DNA of 64,000 nt from Eledone cirrhosa (lineage: Eukaryota). Positions 1 to 14,734 of this stretch are shown one piece after another; the stretch's first letter is position 1, and every line of letters begins with the position of its first letter. The translations under genes were made by a program, and so were the position numbers. The stretch covers positions 48,050,001 to 48,114,000 of the forward strand of contig OZ024751.1 of assembly GCA_964016885.1 (NCBI GenBank), read 5' to 3'. Under the pieces are notes generated by a model. That model was not told where the DNA came from. It did no database searches and saw nothing but the letters and a program-made list of their open reading frames with translations.

Positions 1-27
1 ATATATATATATATATATATATATATT

Positions 28-668
28 TATTTGAAACTTACACCATATATAAATATATATATATATATAAATTAATAAAAACAATGAAATAAAAACAAAG
101 AACAAATTCCTTATATTAAAAAATTCACCATTTTATATATATATATTTATATATATATATTTATTTATATATATATATTTATTGTTATACTTGGGGAGGG
201 TCATATTGTTGTAATAAGATTGCCAGAAATAATAACAGAACACACTCACTGTTTGGTTGGTTTTCGCTTCTGTATCTTTTATATCTCCACAGTTAATTCA
301 TTTGGTCCTCAATGTTTATCATTGACTGACAAACGGTCAATAATACAGATATAATATAGATATAAACACATATATATAGTCTAAGAAAGTTCTTTCGTTT
401 CACATCTGCAACATCATCTGTGGTACTATTATCTTCCTCCTGTTGTATTGTATGTCTACGCCATTTTTCAAAAGAAAAAGATACAGAAGCGAAAACCAAC
501 CCAAACCAAACAGTGAGTGTGTTCTGTTATTTCTGGCAATATTACAACAATATGACCCTCCCCAAGTATAACAATATTTGTTTCGACATACAATTTCATA
601 TCAAAAACCTCGCAAAACGAATTCATCACCATATATATATATTTATATATGGTGTAAGTTGCAAATAT
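28..668. mobile_element. Nested inverted-repeat element, probable Penelope-like pLTR fragment with an inverted partial copy, embedded in (TA)n
   Basis: Outer inverted arms about 28-58 / 639-668 (tttgaaacttacaccatatataaat vs atttatatatggtgtaagttgcaaa). Inner arms about 181-281 / 476-575. Degenerate hammerhead on the minus strand near 375-425. ATG-ACC-CTC-CCC-AAG-TAT-AAC-AAT occurs in both inner arms and is homologous to 26702-26780. Confidence 0.55.
375..425 (-). ncRNA. Degenerate minimal hammerhead ribozyme-like motif
   Basis: Minus strand reads CAGATGA-T-GTTGCA-GATG-TGAAAC-GAAA-GAAC-TT. Stem II and GAAA are present, but core U4 is replaced by A and stem I is poor. The 3' side resembles that of the 26517 hammerhead. 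Confidence 0.4.
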
Positions 669-1061
669 ATATAATATAATTTTTCCTGTCAGGGACCAAA
701 TTAGACATAACTTTGCAGCAGCCACCCCACCACCTACTCTTTCCTCTCTGGGAGGAATGAAAAAGCATTTTGTGGACTTCTCTTTCTCTTCCATTCCACC
801 ACACACACTTCCCTCCTCTGTCTCTTCTATTCCCCCCACACACCCAGTCCCCTGTCTCTGCCACACCCACACACCCAGTCCTCTGTCTCCTTCCTACACA
901 CATTCATCTTCAGTTTATTAGAAACCACTTCAGCTTCACCATTCTTCCTTACCATTTCTTGTAACTGTATATCCTTCCATTTGTCAAGGCAGACACAGAA
1001 AGGCAAACATAGAAACAGAGAGGGGGGGTTAAGCGTGTGACAGTGAGTGAGAGGGGGTTGT

Positions 1062-1066
<5 letters not shown>

Positions 1067-1119
<53 letters not shown>

Positions 1120-1226
1120 GAGAGAAAGAGGGACAGACAGAGAGAGAGTGAGAGAGAGATAGAGAAAGAGAGAGAGAGAAAACGAGAGAGACAGACAGAG
1201 AGAAAGAGAGAGAGAGACAGACTGAC

Positions 1227-1313
<87 letters not shown>
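1067..1313. repeat. (GA)n/(GACA)n microsatellite
   Basis: Directly visible. Confidence 0.97.
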
Positions 1314-1316
<3 letters not shown>

Positions 1317-1653
1317 ATTTCCATTTAACATGCATACTTGTTACTCTAACTGTTGTGTGTCTGCTGTGGGATATATTAATATTTGATATTCAATATCTTA
1401 TTTCTGTTATTTATTAAACTCCAATCTATGTCAGTGGCTGTGAGAGATATTGTAGAGAAATATAGAGTTGAAGACATCAAACTGAGAAATTCTGCCTATT
1501 AAGAATATGCAGTGTTTGTTGTTCTGCCTTCCTAGGTTTTGAAATACTTCAAATACAGTTTGTAATACTGCTGGGGCACCAGTGGGAAGTTATGTGTGTT
1601 TGTCTGTGTTTGTGTATATTCTGCACGTACATATGTAGATGTGTTTGTATCTA

Positions 1654-1840
1654 ACCTCCCTCCTATTAAAACATGTGACCATATTAAAATATGTGATTTC
1701 CCTCCCATTAAAATGTGTGACCTCCCTCTCATTAAAATGCATGACCTTATTAAAATCATCATCATCATTGTTTAACGTCCATCTTCCACGCTGGCATGGG
1801 TTATGTGACCTCCCTTCCATTAAAATGTATGATGCTCCTA
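1654..1840. repeat. Degenerate ~25-bp tandem repeat interrupted by a SINE 3'-tail fragment (about 1756-1802, minus strand)
   Basis: Recurrent attaaaatgtgtgacctccc. The insert tcatcatcattgtttaacgtccatcttccacgctggcatgggtt matches SINE tails elsewhere in the window. Confidence 0.7.
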
Positions 1841-1844
1841 TTAA

Positions 1845-2074
1845 CCCTATCATTACCATATTTCTAATAAAATACACTGTGTTTGAATTGATGTAGAACT
1901 AGAAAGGAACCTACCAAAATTATTATTCTATTGTTAAGACTGATTTGCAATACAACAAAAGGTTCTTATATAAAATTATGCTGGAAAATTTCCATTTAAA
2001 TGGGAAACCTTTAAAAGCGGGTGTTTTGTTCCATAGAACCTGAAGCAGTTTTAGGCAGATTGGTAACAAAAGGG
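1845..2074 (+). mobile_element. piggyBac-type MITE (family F)
   Basis: TTAA|CCCTATCATTACCA ... TGGTAACAAAAGGG|TTAA: TTAA TSD, CCC/GGG termini and an imperfect TIR. Related pieces at about 23047-23450 and 42289-42674. Confidence 0.8.
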
Positions 2075-2359
2075 TTAAAAATGCGTGGCCTTTATAGTTC
2101 TGTTAGAAACCAAACTGCCTTCTGGTGGCAAATTTGAAGAATATAGAATTGCAGTTTGCCATTTCTACAGGGCCAAGTCATTACACACATATTGGCTACC
2201 TAACATTTACCAAACTCTTGGGAATAGATATTCTACACATTCTGTTGGTGTAACAGAATAGGGGAGATTTAGAAGCAGAAGCAGGCAATAATTGTTGCCT
2301 TTCGTTCTTTCCTTTCTTCTTTGTGTGAAATGTCCTCTGGCACCATTGTTACGAGACTG

Positions 2360-2490
2360 GGAGAGAAAGGAGATAGAGGGGGCAGGACAGAGAGAGAGAG
2401 AGGGGGAACAGAGAGAGAGGGGGGACAGAGAGAGAGGGGGAGAGAGAGGAGAGAGGGAGAGAGATAGAGATAGAGAGAGGGAGAGAGAGA
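2360..2490. repeat. (GA)-rich microsatellite
   Basis: Directly visible. Confidence 0.9.
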
Positions 2491-2566
2491 ATGAGATTAA
2501 GTTTCACTAGTATTATTGTTACTGATCTCAAGTTTAAGACTGAATTTGAAATGTATGTGTGCATGT

Positions 2567-2567
2567 A

Positions 2568-2598
<31 letters not shown>

Positions 2599-2727
2599 CA
2601 CATATATATATATACATACATACATACATACATATATATATATACATACATACATACATATATATATATATACATACATACATACATATATATATATATA
2701 CATACATACATACATATATATATATAT

Positions 2728-2814
<87 letters not shown>

Positions 2815-3409
2815 CATACACACATATATATATATATATACACATACACACATATATATATATATATACACATACACATATATATATATATATATATATA
2901 CATACACATATATATATATATATACATACACATATATATATATATATACATACACATATATATATATACATACACATACACATATATATATATACATACA
3001 CATACACATATATATATATACATACATACACATATATATATATACATACATACACATATATATATATACATACATACACATATATATATATACATACACA
3101 TATATATATATATATATACATACACATATATATATATATATATACATACACATATATATATATATATACATACACATATATATATATACATACATATATA
3201 TATATATATACATACACATATATATACATACACATATATATATATATATACATACACATATATATATATATACATACACATATATATATATATATACATA
3301 CACATATATATATATATATACATACATATATATATATATATATACATACATATATATATATATATATACATACATATATATATATATATACATACATATA
3401 TATATATAT

Positions 3410-3440
<31 letters not shown>

Positions 3441-3491
3441 CATACATATATATATATACATACATATATATATATAATATATATACATACA

Positions 3492-3523
<32 letters not shown>

Positions 3524-3554
3524 CATATATATACATATATATACATATATATAC

Positions 3555-3607
<53 letters not shown>

Positions 3608-3664
3608 CATACATATACATACATATACATATATATACATATATATACATATATATACATATAT

Positions 3665-3695
<31 letters not shown>

Positions 3696-3726
3696 CATAC
3701 ATATACATACATATACATATATATAC

Positions 3727-3757
<31 letters not shown>

Positions 3758-3802
3758 CATACATATACATATATATACATATATATATATACATATATAT
3801 AC

Positions 3803-3839
<37 letters not shown>

Positions 3840-3840
3840 C

Positions 3841-3877
<37 letters not shown>

Positions 3878-3892
3878 CATATATATACATAC

Positions 3893-3925
<33 letters not shown>

Positions 3926-4381
3926 CATATATATACATACATATATATACATATATATACATATATATATATACATATATATATATACATATATATATAC
4001 ATATATACATATACATATATATATACATATATACATATACATACATATATACATATATACATATATATATACATTTACATATATATATATACATTTACAT
4101 ATATACATATATATATACATACATATATATATATACACATACATATATACATATATATATACATACATATATATATACACATACATATATACATATATAT
4201 ATACATACATATATATATACACATACATATATACATATATATATACATACATATATATATACACATACATATATACATATATATACATATATATATATAT
4301 ACACATATATATATACATACATATATATACATACACATATATATATACATACATATATACATACATATATATACATACACA

Positions 4382-4469
<88 letters not shown>

Positions 4470-4494
4470 CATATACATACATATACATACATAC

Positions 4495-4541
<47 letters not shown>

Positions 4542-4556
4542 CATATACATACATAC

Positions 4557-4645
<89 letters not shown>

Positions 4646-4654
4646 CATATATAC

Positions 4655-4705
<51 letters not shown>

Positions 4706-5415
4706 CATATACATACATATATACATATATATACATACACATATATATACATACACACATATATATATATATATATACATACACATATATATACATACAC
4801 ATATATATATATATATAATATACATACACATATATATATATACATACACATATATATATATATATATACACATATATATATATATACATACACATATATA
4901 TACATATACATACACATATATATATATATATATACATACACATATATATATATATATACATACACATATATATATATATATATATACATACACATATATA
5001 TATATATACATACATACACATATATATATATATACATACATACACATATATATATATACATACATACACATATATATATATATACATACATACACATATA
5101 TATATATATACATACATACACATATATATATATATACATACATATATATATATATACATACATACACATATATATATATATACATACATACACATATATA
5201 TATATATACATACACATATATATATATATACATACATACATACACACATATATATATATACATACACACACATATATATATATACATACACATATATATA
5301 TATATACATACACATATATATATATATATATACATACACATATATATATATATATATACATACACATATATATATATATACATACACACATATATATATA
5401 TATATATACATATAT

Positions 5416-5447
<32 letters not shown>

Positions 5448-6833
5448 CATACACATATATATATATATATACATACATACACATATATATATATATACAT
5501 ACACACACATATATATATATATACATACACATATATATATATATATACATACACATATATATATATATACATACACATATATATATATATACATACACAT
5601 ATATATATATATACATACACATATATATATATATACATACACATATATATATATATACATACATACATACACATATATATATATATACATACATACATAC
5701 ACATATATATATATATACATACATACATACACATATATATATATACATACATACATACGCATATATATATATATACATACATACATACACATATATATAT
5801 ATATATACATACATACATACACATATATATATATATATACATACATACATACACATATATATACATACATACACATATATATACGTACACATATATATAC
5901 ATACACATATATATATATATACATACATACACATATATATACATACACATATATATACATACATACATACACATATATATACATACATACACATATATAT
6001 ATATATACATACACATATATATATATATACATACACATATATATAAATATATACATACACATATATATATATATACATACACATATATATATATACATAC
6101 ACATATATATATATACATACACATATATATATATACATACACATATATATATATACATACACATATATATATATACATACACACATATATATATATACAT
6201 ACACACATATATATATATACATACACACATATATATATATACATACACACATATATATATATACATACACACATATATATATATATATATATATACATAC
6301 ACATATATATATATACACATACACATATATATATATACACATACATATATATATACACATACACATATATATATATATACACATACACATATATATATAT
6401 ATACACATACACATATATATATATATACACATACACATATATATATATATACACATACACACATATATATATATACACATACACATATATATATATACAC
6501 ATACACATATATATATATATACACATACACATATATATATATATACACATACACATATATATATATATACACATACACATATATATATATATACACATAC
6601 ACATATATATATATATACACATACACATATATATATATATACACATACACATATATATATATATACACATACACATATATATATATATACACATACACAT
6701 ATATATATATATACACATACACATATATATATATATACACATACATATATATATACACATACACATAATATATATATATACACACACATATATATATATA
6801 TACACATACACATATATATATATATACATACAC

Positions 6834-6864
<31 letters not shown>

Positions 6865-6925
6865 TATATACATACATATATATATACATACATATATATA
6901 TAGGCACATATCTATACACACACAA
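2567..6925. repeat. ~4.3 kb compound (TA)n/(CATA)n/(CA)n microsatellite
   Basis: Directly visible. It generates the spurious YI/HT ORFs. Confidence 0.98.
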
Positions 6926-7016
6926 ATAATAAAGATTCCTATATATGATACATGTCCCACCCTTGCAAGCAGGGAAAAGCAGACGTAAAATGATGATGAT
7001 ACATACATACGTTCAC

Positions 7017-7067
7017 ATATATATACTTTTATATATATAATATATATATATATATATACATACTACA

Positions 7068-7129
<62 letters not shown>

Positions 7130-7580
7130 TACAACACATATATATATATACACACACAACACATATATATATATACACACACACAACACATATATATATA
7201 TATACACACACAACACATATATATATATATACACACACAACACCTATATATATATATATACACACACAACACCTATATATATATATACACACACAACACC
7301 TATATATATATATACACACACAACACATATATATATATACACACACAACACATATATATATACACACACACAACACATATATATATATACACACACAACA
7401 CATATATATATATACACACACACAACACATATATATATACACACACACAACACACATATATATATACACACACAACACATATATATATATACACACACAA
7501 CACATATATATATACACACACATATACACACACATACATGCACACACATATATACTCTTACCAGATATACACACACACAC
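7017..7580. repeat. (TA)n/(CA)n compound array with recurring cacacaacacatata unit
   Basis: Directly visible. Confidence 0.95.
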
Positions 7581-7756
7581 CTAACTATGTCATGTGATTC
7601 ATTTACTGTGTTGACACTGAAATTTAATTTCATTAAATGTAGAAATACAGTTCAATGGTAGATTAGTCATCATATGTGTATATAGATGTGTGTATGTACA
7701 TATATGATGTACATGTGCATGTGTGCATGTGTGCGTGTGTGTGTGCGTGCGTGTGT

Positions 7757-8039
7757 AGGCACATGGCTTAGTGGTTAGAGCATTGGCCTTGCAATCGAAA
7801 GGTTGTGAGTTCAATTCTGGGGTCCCATTCCACTGGAAAGTGGTCGTGGAGGTGCCACGGCCAAAAAGCACCCAGCCCACACTGTAAAGTGAATGTGTAG
7901 GCACCATGTAAAAAAAAGCACCCAGCACTCACTGTAAATGAGGTTGGTGTTAGGAAGGGCATCCAGCTGTAGAAATCAAGCCAGAATCAGTACCCGTCCC
8001 ACCCTTGCAAGCAGGGAAAAGCGGACGTAAAATGATGAT
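7757..8039 (+). mobile_element. tRNA-derived SINE family A (internal deletion)
   Basis: A box TGGCTTAGTGG, B box GAGTTCAATTC, shared body (ggttggtgttaggaagggcatccagctgtagaaa) and (ATG)n tail. Near-identical to 12092-12483 apart from a missing central segment. Confidence 0.9.
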
Positions 8040-8091
8040 ATATATATATATATATACATATATGTATGTGTCTGTGTGTATATATATATAT

Positions 8092-8335
8092 CATCATCAT
8101 CATTGTTTAACGTCCATATTCCACGCTTGCATGGGTTTGGACGGGAGTTTTCCCACTTGAGGCAAGAGTGATTGTCTTGCTCGCATAGGACTGTCTGGCG
8201 GGTTTTCTACGCCCCTTCCTAACACCAACCACATTTACAGTGTGGAACTGGGAGGTTTTTACCATCTTACCTACACCGCCACATTGCAGCGTGGACTGTG
8301 TGTTTTTTTGTTGTGACACCTACACGATCTCATTT
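8092..8335 (-). mobile_element. Diverged SINE 3' portion related to family A
   Basis: (CAT)n tail, tttaacgtcc and cccttcctaacaccaacc motifs are reverse complements of family A tail and body. Confidence 0.7.
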
Positions 8336-8469
8336 GTTGCGGGCTGGATGTTGTGGTACCAACATAACTTTACATTGAAAGGGGTCGTGTGGATGGGGGT
8401 GTGGGTAGTGGGACGGGGGTGTATTTTGTTAGAGGTGCCTACTGATTGTAGTAGGTTTCACTTTGTACT

Positions 8470-8525
8470 TAGGTAAGGTGGGTCTTCTCTATTACTGTGT
8501 AGCACCAAAGATCTCGGTCCAGTGA

Positions 8526-8528
<3 letters not shown>
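8470..8528 (-). mobile_element. RTE LINE C-terminal remnant
   Basis: Minus frame [13 protein letters not shown] resembles the RTE ORF terminus (DRxxWRxxV), and is related to 56030-56238. Confidence 0.5.
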
Positions 8529-8573
<45 letters not shown>

Positions 8574-8618
8574 GTGTTTGTGTATATATATATATATCTG
8601 TGTGTATGTGCATGTGTG

Positions 8619-8657
<39 letters not shown>

Positions 8658-8662
8658 GTGTT

Positions 8663-8693
<31 letters not shown>

Positions 8694-8917
8694 CTGTGTG
8701 TATGTGCATGTGTGTATGTATATATATATATATATGTATGCTTGTATGTATATGTGTGCAATATACATCATATATAACAGTCTCTGAGGATTTTCAAAGA
8801 CTACCCTTAACTTCAATTTTATAATGTGAAGCTGATGACTGAAAGATATGCCCCTGGATAGGACACTGATCTTGCCACTGCAGTATTTATTATGTATGTC
8901 AATACAAATATAATGGT

Positions 8918-9049
8918 TACCGATTTAGGCACAAGGCCAGCAATTATCTCAGTGTATTACTGGTACTTTATTTTATCGACCCTGTAAGGATGAAAGGCAA
9001 AGTTAACCTCGACGGGATTTGAACTCAGACCTTAAAGGGACGTAACTCT
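8918..9049 (-). mobile_element. SINE family B fragment
   Basis: Reverse complement of gagttcaaatccc...gcctttcatccttacggggtcgataaaataaagtaccag. Confidence 0.85.
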
Positions 9050-9243
9050 TTAAATAAATGCAAGGCTGGTGAGAGTAAAATATTTCCCACTGGATATGAT
9101 AATATCAACATTGTTATGTCAGTATTACAACTTAGGTACACCGGAATTTAATCAATAAAGGAAAATCAGGTGAGAAAAAGATGCTAATTCATCTAAAATA
9201 GCTTTAGAAACACAATAGCAGTGACTATAAGGTTTGTTTGTGG

Positions 9244-10240
9244 AATTTCATCTGATAACAAGGCTTGTTTGTAGGTAAATTCATCTGATAACAAGGCTTG
9301 TTTGTAGGTAAATTCATCTGATAACAAGGCTTGTTTTTAGGTAAATTCATCTGATAACAAGGCTTGTTTTTAGGTAAATCTCAGTAGTGGGATTTCATCT
9401 GATAACAGGGGTTGTTGTGAGCGAACCTCCTTGATAAGATTTCATCTGATATCTGATAATAAGGGTCATTTGTGAGTGAAACTTCCCAATAAGATTCCAT
9501 CTGTCATCCAATAATAGGGGTTGTTTGTGAATGAAACTTCCCAATAAGATTCCATCTATCATCTGATAATAAAATAGGTGTTGTTATGAGTGAAGTTCCC
9601 TAAGAAGATTTCATGTCATGTGATAGCAGGAATTGTTTGTGAATGAACCTGTTTGATATGACATCATCTAAGAAATAGATTGGCTTCTTTGTAAAACACC
9701 CTAATATAACTTCATTCCATAAAAGGAGTTCAATGACAAAGATACCTCAACAATCATTTCATAAGGAATTTCATAAGCAAAACCTCACAATATGAGCCCA
9801 CCTGACAAGGGGTTTAACATGAGCAAAACCCAGCCCACATGACAAGGGGTTAGTTTATGAGCAAAACTCAGCCCACCTGATAAGGGGTTATTAGTTCATG
9901 AGTAAAACCCAGCCCACAATATGAGCCCACCTAATAAGGAGTTGTTAGTTCATGAGTAAAATCCAGCCCACAATATGAGTCCACCTGACAAGGGGTTAGT
10001 TTATGAGCAAAAACCCAGCCCACAATATGAGCCCACCTGATAAGGGGTTGTTAGTTCATGAGGAAAACTCAGCCCACAATGTGAGCCAACCTGATAAGGG
10101 GTAAGTTTATTAGCAAAACCCAGCCCACAATATGAGCTCACCTGACAAGGGGTTAGTTAGTTCGTCATCAAAGCCCAGCCCACAATATGAGCTCACCTGA
10201 TAAGGGGTTAGTTCATCATCAAAACCAAGCCTCCATATGA
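9244..10240. repeat. Graded minisatellite region: 33-bp units, then degenerate ~55-60-bp units
   Basis: tcatctgataacaaggcttgttt at 9248, 9281, 9314 and 9347. The later atgagcccacctgataaggggttag units retain the ctgataa core. Confidence 0.85.
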
Positions 10241-10439
10241 TCTGTAATTCAGTTCCATGTGACAAGATTGGCTGATTGTTTGTTCAAGGATGGGAAGGGA
10301 AGGAGGGGTTATCTTTCTTTTATGTCGTTTGTATTGTTTTGTTGTTTTGATAGATAAATCAGTTGATAATCAATTAACAAATATTGGAGAATGGTAGGGC
10401 GGGGCAGGGGATATGATGAATTATAGATTATATGTATTT

Positions 10440-11014
10440 AGTGTCTGTGTGTGTCTATGTATGTGTTTGGTGTGTGTGTGTGTGTGTGTGTGTCTATGTA
10501 TGTATTTGGTTATGTGTATGTGGGTGTGTCTATGTATGTGTTTGGTTGTGTGTGTCTACGTATGTTTGGTTGTGTGTGTGTGTCTATGTATGTGTTTGGT
10601 TGTGTGTGTGTATGTGTGTGTGTATCTATGTATGTGTTTGGTTGTGTGTGTGTGTGTGTGTGTGTGTATGGGTTTGGTATGTGTTTGGTCATGATTGATT
10701 TTAGATCTGTGTGTGTGGATGAGGGAGGGGTGTATATATATATTTGGTGAGTGTATATGTGTGAGTGTATATGTGTGTGTATATGTGTGAGTGTATATAT
10801 GAGTGTATATGTGTGTGTATTTGTGTGATGATGCCTGTGTGTGTGAATGTGTGTGTTTGGCCATGTGTATGTGTGGGAATGCACGTTTTCTTGGTCATTG
10901 TGTGTGAATATGTGTTTGGTCATGTGTGTGTGTGTGTGTAAATGTATGTGTGTGAATTTATGTGTGTGTGTGTGTAAATGTATGTATGTGTGTGAATGTA
11001 TGTGTGTTTGGTAA

Positions 11015-11046
<32 letters not shown>

Positions 11047-11135
11047 TATGTATGCTTGCATGTCAGGGGGGGGGGGTGCATGTATGCAAATATGTTTGAT
11101 CATATGTTTAAAGATGGGTGTGTGTGTGTGTGTTT
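10440..11135. repeat. (TG)n-rich compound microsatellite
   Basis: Directly visible. Confidence 0.92.
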
Positions 11136-11405
11136 CAGATTGTTATATTGGACATTGTATTGATTGATAGCTGACTATACTGATAATCAATTAGTACTGG
11201 TGGGGGAGGAGGAGGAGATACGTACTACATACACACATTATATATTTATGATATATACATATATATATATGCATATAAATTATGTATTTATATATATATT
11301 TACATATACATTTAGGTGTAAACACATATTTACATAACAAGATCTTTAAGTATATACAGAAACTGGAATCAATCATTATTTATACTTTGCCATACTGAGC
11401 TGTAT

Positions 11406-11550
11406 ATCATCATCATCATCTTTCCATGAGTGCATGGCTTGGATGGGTCTTTTTCAACACAGCATCTTTCCACTTGTTACAGTTCTTCATCTTCCATGAG
11501 ATTCACAGACTCGAGATCAGCCCTCACTACCTCCACACAGGTCTTCCTCT
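11406..11550 (-). mobile_element. RTE LINE 3' end remnant
   Basis: Reverse complement aligns by eye with 56085-56238 (aagacctg..gaggtagtgagggctgatctc) and has a (GAT)n tail. Confidence 0.6.
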
Positions 11551-12091
11551 ACTGCAGCTTATATAGAAATAAGATAGATTGAGGGGACGGGCAGGTTGGA
11601 AGTGGAAAAAAATGTCTTTAGATAAACATAACATGTCTATTCATGTTGACATCTCTCGCAAAACTGTTGGTGCTGGCGTTTTGTGTATGGTTAATAAATA
11701 ACAGAGATGGTTTCATTCGTACATCTTCATTTTATTACATAATTCTATTATAAGTATTTCAAAGATGTCAGAGTTGTTACATAAGAACCCTCTGGCATGT
11801 TCTCATCAGATAGTGTAAGATGTATTTTTCTATTTATTGATATGTGACTAGTTTCTCTAGGTGTTTACATTGCTGACCAGTACACTGCCTCTCTTATTTA
11901 TTATATTGAAACTGTATATGGTCACCTGACCAGTCAAGACTCTGTACATGACAGTCTGTCTAACCCCTACAAGTCAGGAATATAGACATGAAACAGTGAT
12001 GATAATGGCATATATATGTATTAGCAGGGAAAGCAGCTGGTAAGTGATGATGATGATGATGATGATGATGATATATATATATATATTAGAT

Positions 12092-12483
12092 GGAGACACA
12101 TGGCTTAGTGGTTAGAGCATTGGCCTTGCAATCGAAAGGTTGTGAGTTCAATTCTCAGACCGGGTGATGTGTTGTTTCCTTGAGCAAGACACTTTATTTG
12201 ACATTGCTCCAGTTTACTCAGCTGTAGAAATGAGATGATAGGGACCAGGGACTAGGGTCCCTATCATTCCACTGCAAAGTGGTCATGGAAGTGCCACGGC
12301 AAAAAAAGTACCCAGCCCATACTGTAAAGTGGTCGTGTAGGTGCCACGGAAAAAAGCACCCAGCACTCACTGTAAATGAGGTTGGTGTTAAGCATCCAGC
12401 TGTCGAAATCAAGCCAGAATCAGTTCCCGTCCCACCCTTGCAAGAAGGGAAAAGCGGACGTAAAAGGATGATGATGATGATGA
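12092..12483 (+). mobile_element. tRNA-derived SINE family A, full length
   Basis: tRNA-like head with A and B boxes, central ccttgagcaagacactttattt..cattgctccagtttactcagctg domain, RTE-like tail ending ggacgtaaaa(g)gatgatg. Confidence 0.92.
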
Positions 12484-12520
12484 TATATATATATATATTT
12501 ATCATTAGCACAGATTACTA

Positions 12521-12580
<60 letters not shown>

Positions 12581-12671
12581 CATACACAGACTTGTTTAAA
12601 TATACACATACATATAAATGTAGACATTTGATAATAAATCCACAGGGGAAAGTTTGAAAAGGAGACTGAAT

Positions 12672-12706
<35 letters not shown>

Positions 12707-13220
12707 ATCATACACACAGAAACAGTGACACACCTCCATACACATATATACACACCAACTGGCTCACAAACCTACCTCAGGAAATATAAGGGGGGGGGGG
12801 TATGAAAGTGGGGCAGGGTAGTCATGGTATGATGTGAGTCACATGACTGACTTTTGGATTGCTGGGGCAGGTTAGGAGTGGTGGTGGAGATGGTGGTAGT
12901 GGGGTGACACTAGTGGTGGAGAGGTAGTGGTGATGGTAGGGGGTGGGGTGACACTAGTGTTGGAGTGGTAGTGGTGGTGGTGAGGGGCATGGTGATGAGG
13001 GTGGGGGTAGTAGAAGTGATGGTGGGGGTAGTAGAAATGGTGATGAGGATGGTGTTGGTGGTGGTGTAACTAGTGGTGTTCTTGTTGTTGCTCCTTGTGG
13101 TAATAGTTTCAATTTCCATTATTTATTCCTTCCCTGGTGTATTGAAATATTGTGTTACCCACATAGCAAATGATTTAAAAAATTTATTTATAGTCCCAGA
13201 ATCACAATAAAATGCTCACA

Positions 13221-14620
13221 GTACATACTGTTAAGTTGTTGGCATTAGGAAGGGCATCCAGCCATAGAAACCAAGCTCCCAATAAATACTGTTAAGTTGT
13301 TGGCATTAGGAAGGGCGTCCAGCCATAGAAACCAAGCTCCCAATAAATACTGTTAAGTTGTTGGCATTAGGAAGGGCGTCCAGCCATAGAAACCAAGCTC
13401 CCAATACATACTGTTAAGTTGTTGGCATTAGGAAGGGCGTCCAGCCATAGAAACCAAGCTCCCAATACATACTGTTAAGTTGTTGGCATTAGGAAGGGCA
13501 TCCAGCCATAGAAACCAAGCTCCCAATAAATACTGTTAAGTTGTTGGCATTAGGAAGGGCGTCCAGCCATAGAAACCAAGCTCCCAATAAATACTGTTAA
13601 GTTGTTGGCATTAGGAAGGGCGTCCAGCCATAGAAACCAAGCTCCCAATACATACTGTTAAGTTGTTGGCATTAGGAAGGGCGTCCAGCCATAGAAACCA
13701 AGCTCCCAATAAATACTGTTAAGTTGTTGGCATTAGGAAGGACATCCAGCCATAGAAACCAAGTTCCCAGTCCATGCTGTAAAGTGGTTGGTGTTAGGAA
13801 GGGCATCCAGCCATAGAAACCAAGCTTCCAATACATACTGTTAAGTTGTTGGCATTAGGAAGGGCGTCCAGCCATAGAAACCAAGCTCCCAATAAATACT
13901 GTTAAGTTGTTGGCATTAGGAAGGGCGTCCAGCCATAGAAACCAAGCTCCCAATACATACTGTTAAGTTGTTGGCATTAGGAAGGACATCCAGCCATAGA
14001 AACCAAGTTCCCAGTCCATGCTGTAAAGTGGTTGGTGTTAGGAAGGGCATCCAGCCATAGAAACCAAGCTTCCAATACATACTGTTAAGTTGTTGGCATT
14101 AGGAAGGGCGTCCAGCCATAGAAACCAAGCTCCCAATACATACTGTTAAGTTGTTGGCATTAGGAAGGACATCCAGCCATAGAAACCAAGTTCCCAGTCC
14201 ATGCTGTAAAGTGGTTGGTGTTAGGAAGGGCATCCAGCCATAGAAACCAAGCTTCCAATACATACTGTTAAGTTGTTGGCATTAGGAAGGGCGTCCAGCC
14301 ATAGAAACCAAGCTCCCAATACATACTGTTAAGTTGTTGGCATTAGGAAGGACATCCAGCCATAGAAACCAAGTTCCCAGTCCATGCTGTAAAGTGGTTG
14401 GTGTTAGGAAGGGCATCCAGCCATAGAAACCAAGCTCCCAGTCCATGCTGTAAAGTGGTTGGTGTTAAGAAGGGCATCCAGCCATAGAAACCAAGCTCCC
14501 AGTCCATGTTGTAAAGTGGTTGGTGTTATGAAGGGCATCCAGCCATAGAAACCAAGCTCCCAGTCCATGGTGTAAAGTAGCTGGTGTTAGGAAACGGCCT
14601 CCAGCCATAGAAACCAAATT
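13221..14620 (+). repeat. 61-bp minisatellite (~23 copies) expanded from SINE body sequence
   Basis: Unit tactgttaagttgttggcattaggaagggcgtccagccatagaaaccaagctcccaataaa matches the SINE A segment ggttggtgttaggaagggcatccagctgtagaaatcaagc. The array is followed by a SINE tail at 14620-14706. Confidence 0.95.
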
Positions 14621-14734
14621 CGAAACAGAATGTGTGAGCAAGACATGATCACATGACAGCCTGTCTAACCCATGACAGCAAAGTAAATAGATGTTAAACT
14701 TTGATGGTGTTTATCATGACCATCATTATCATTA

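Noticed and set aside
2349-7008. Very long ORFs (up to 1463 aa) of Y/I/H/T/M/C/V
   Set aside because: Translations of (TA/CA)n microsatellite, which lacks stop codons in most frames. The same applies to the ORFs at 19887-22207, 24902-26347, 60196-61113 and 63149-63998.
12092-12165. tRNA-like sequence with A/B boxes and a TGC anticodon-like loop
   Set aside because: No complete acceptor stem, and it is always fused to the same downstream body and tail, so it is a SINE head rather than a tRNA gene.
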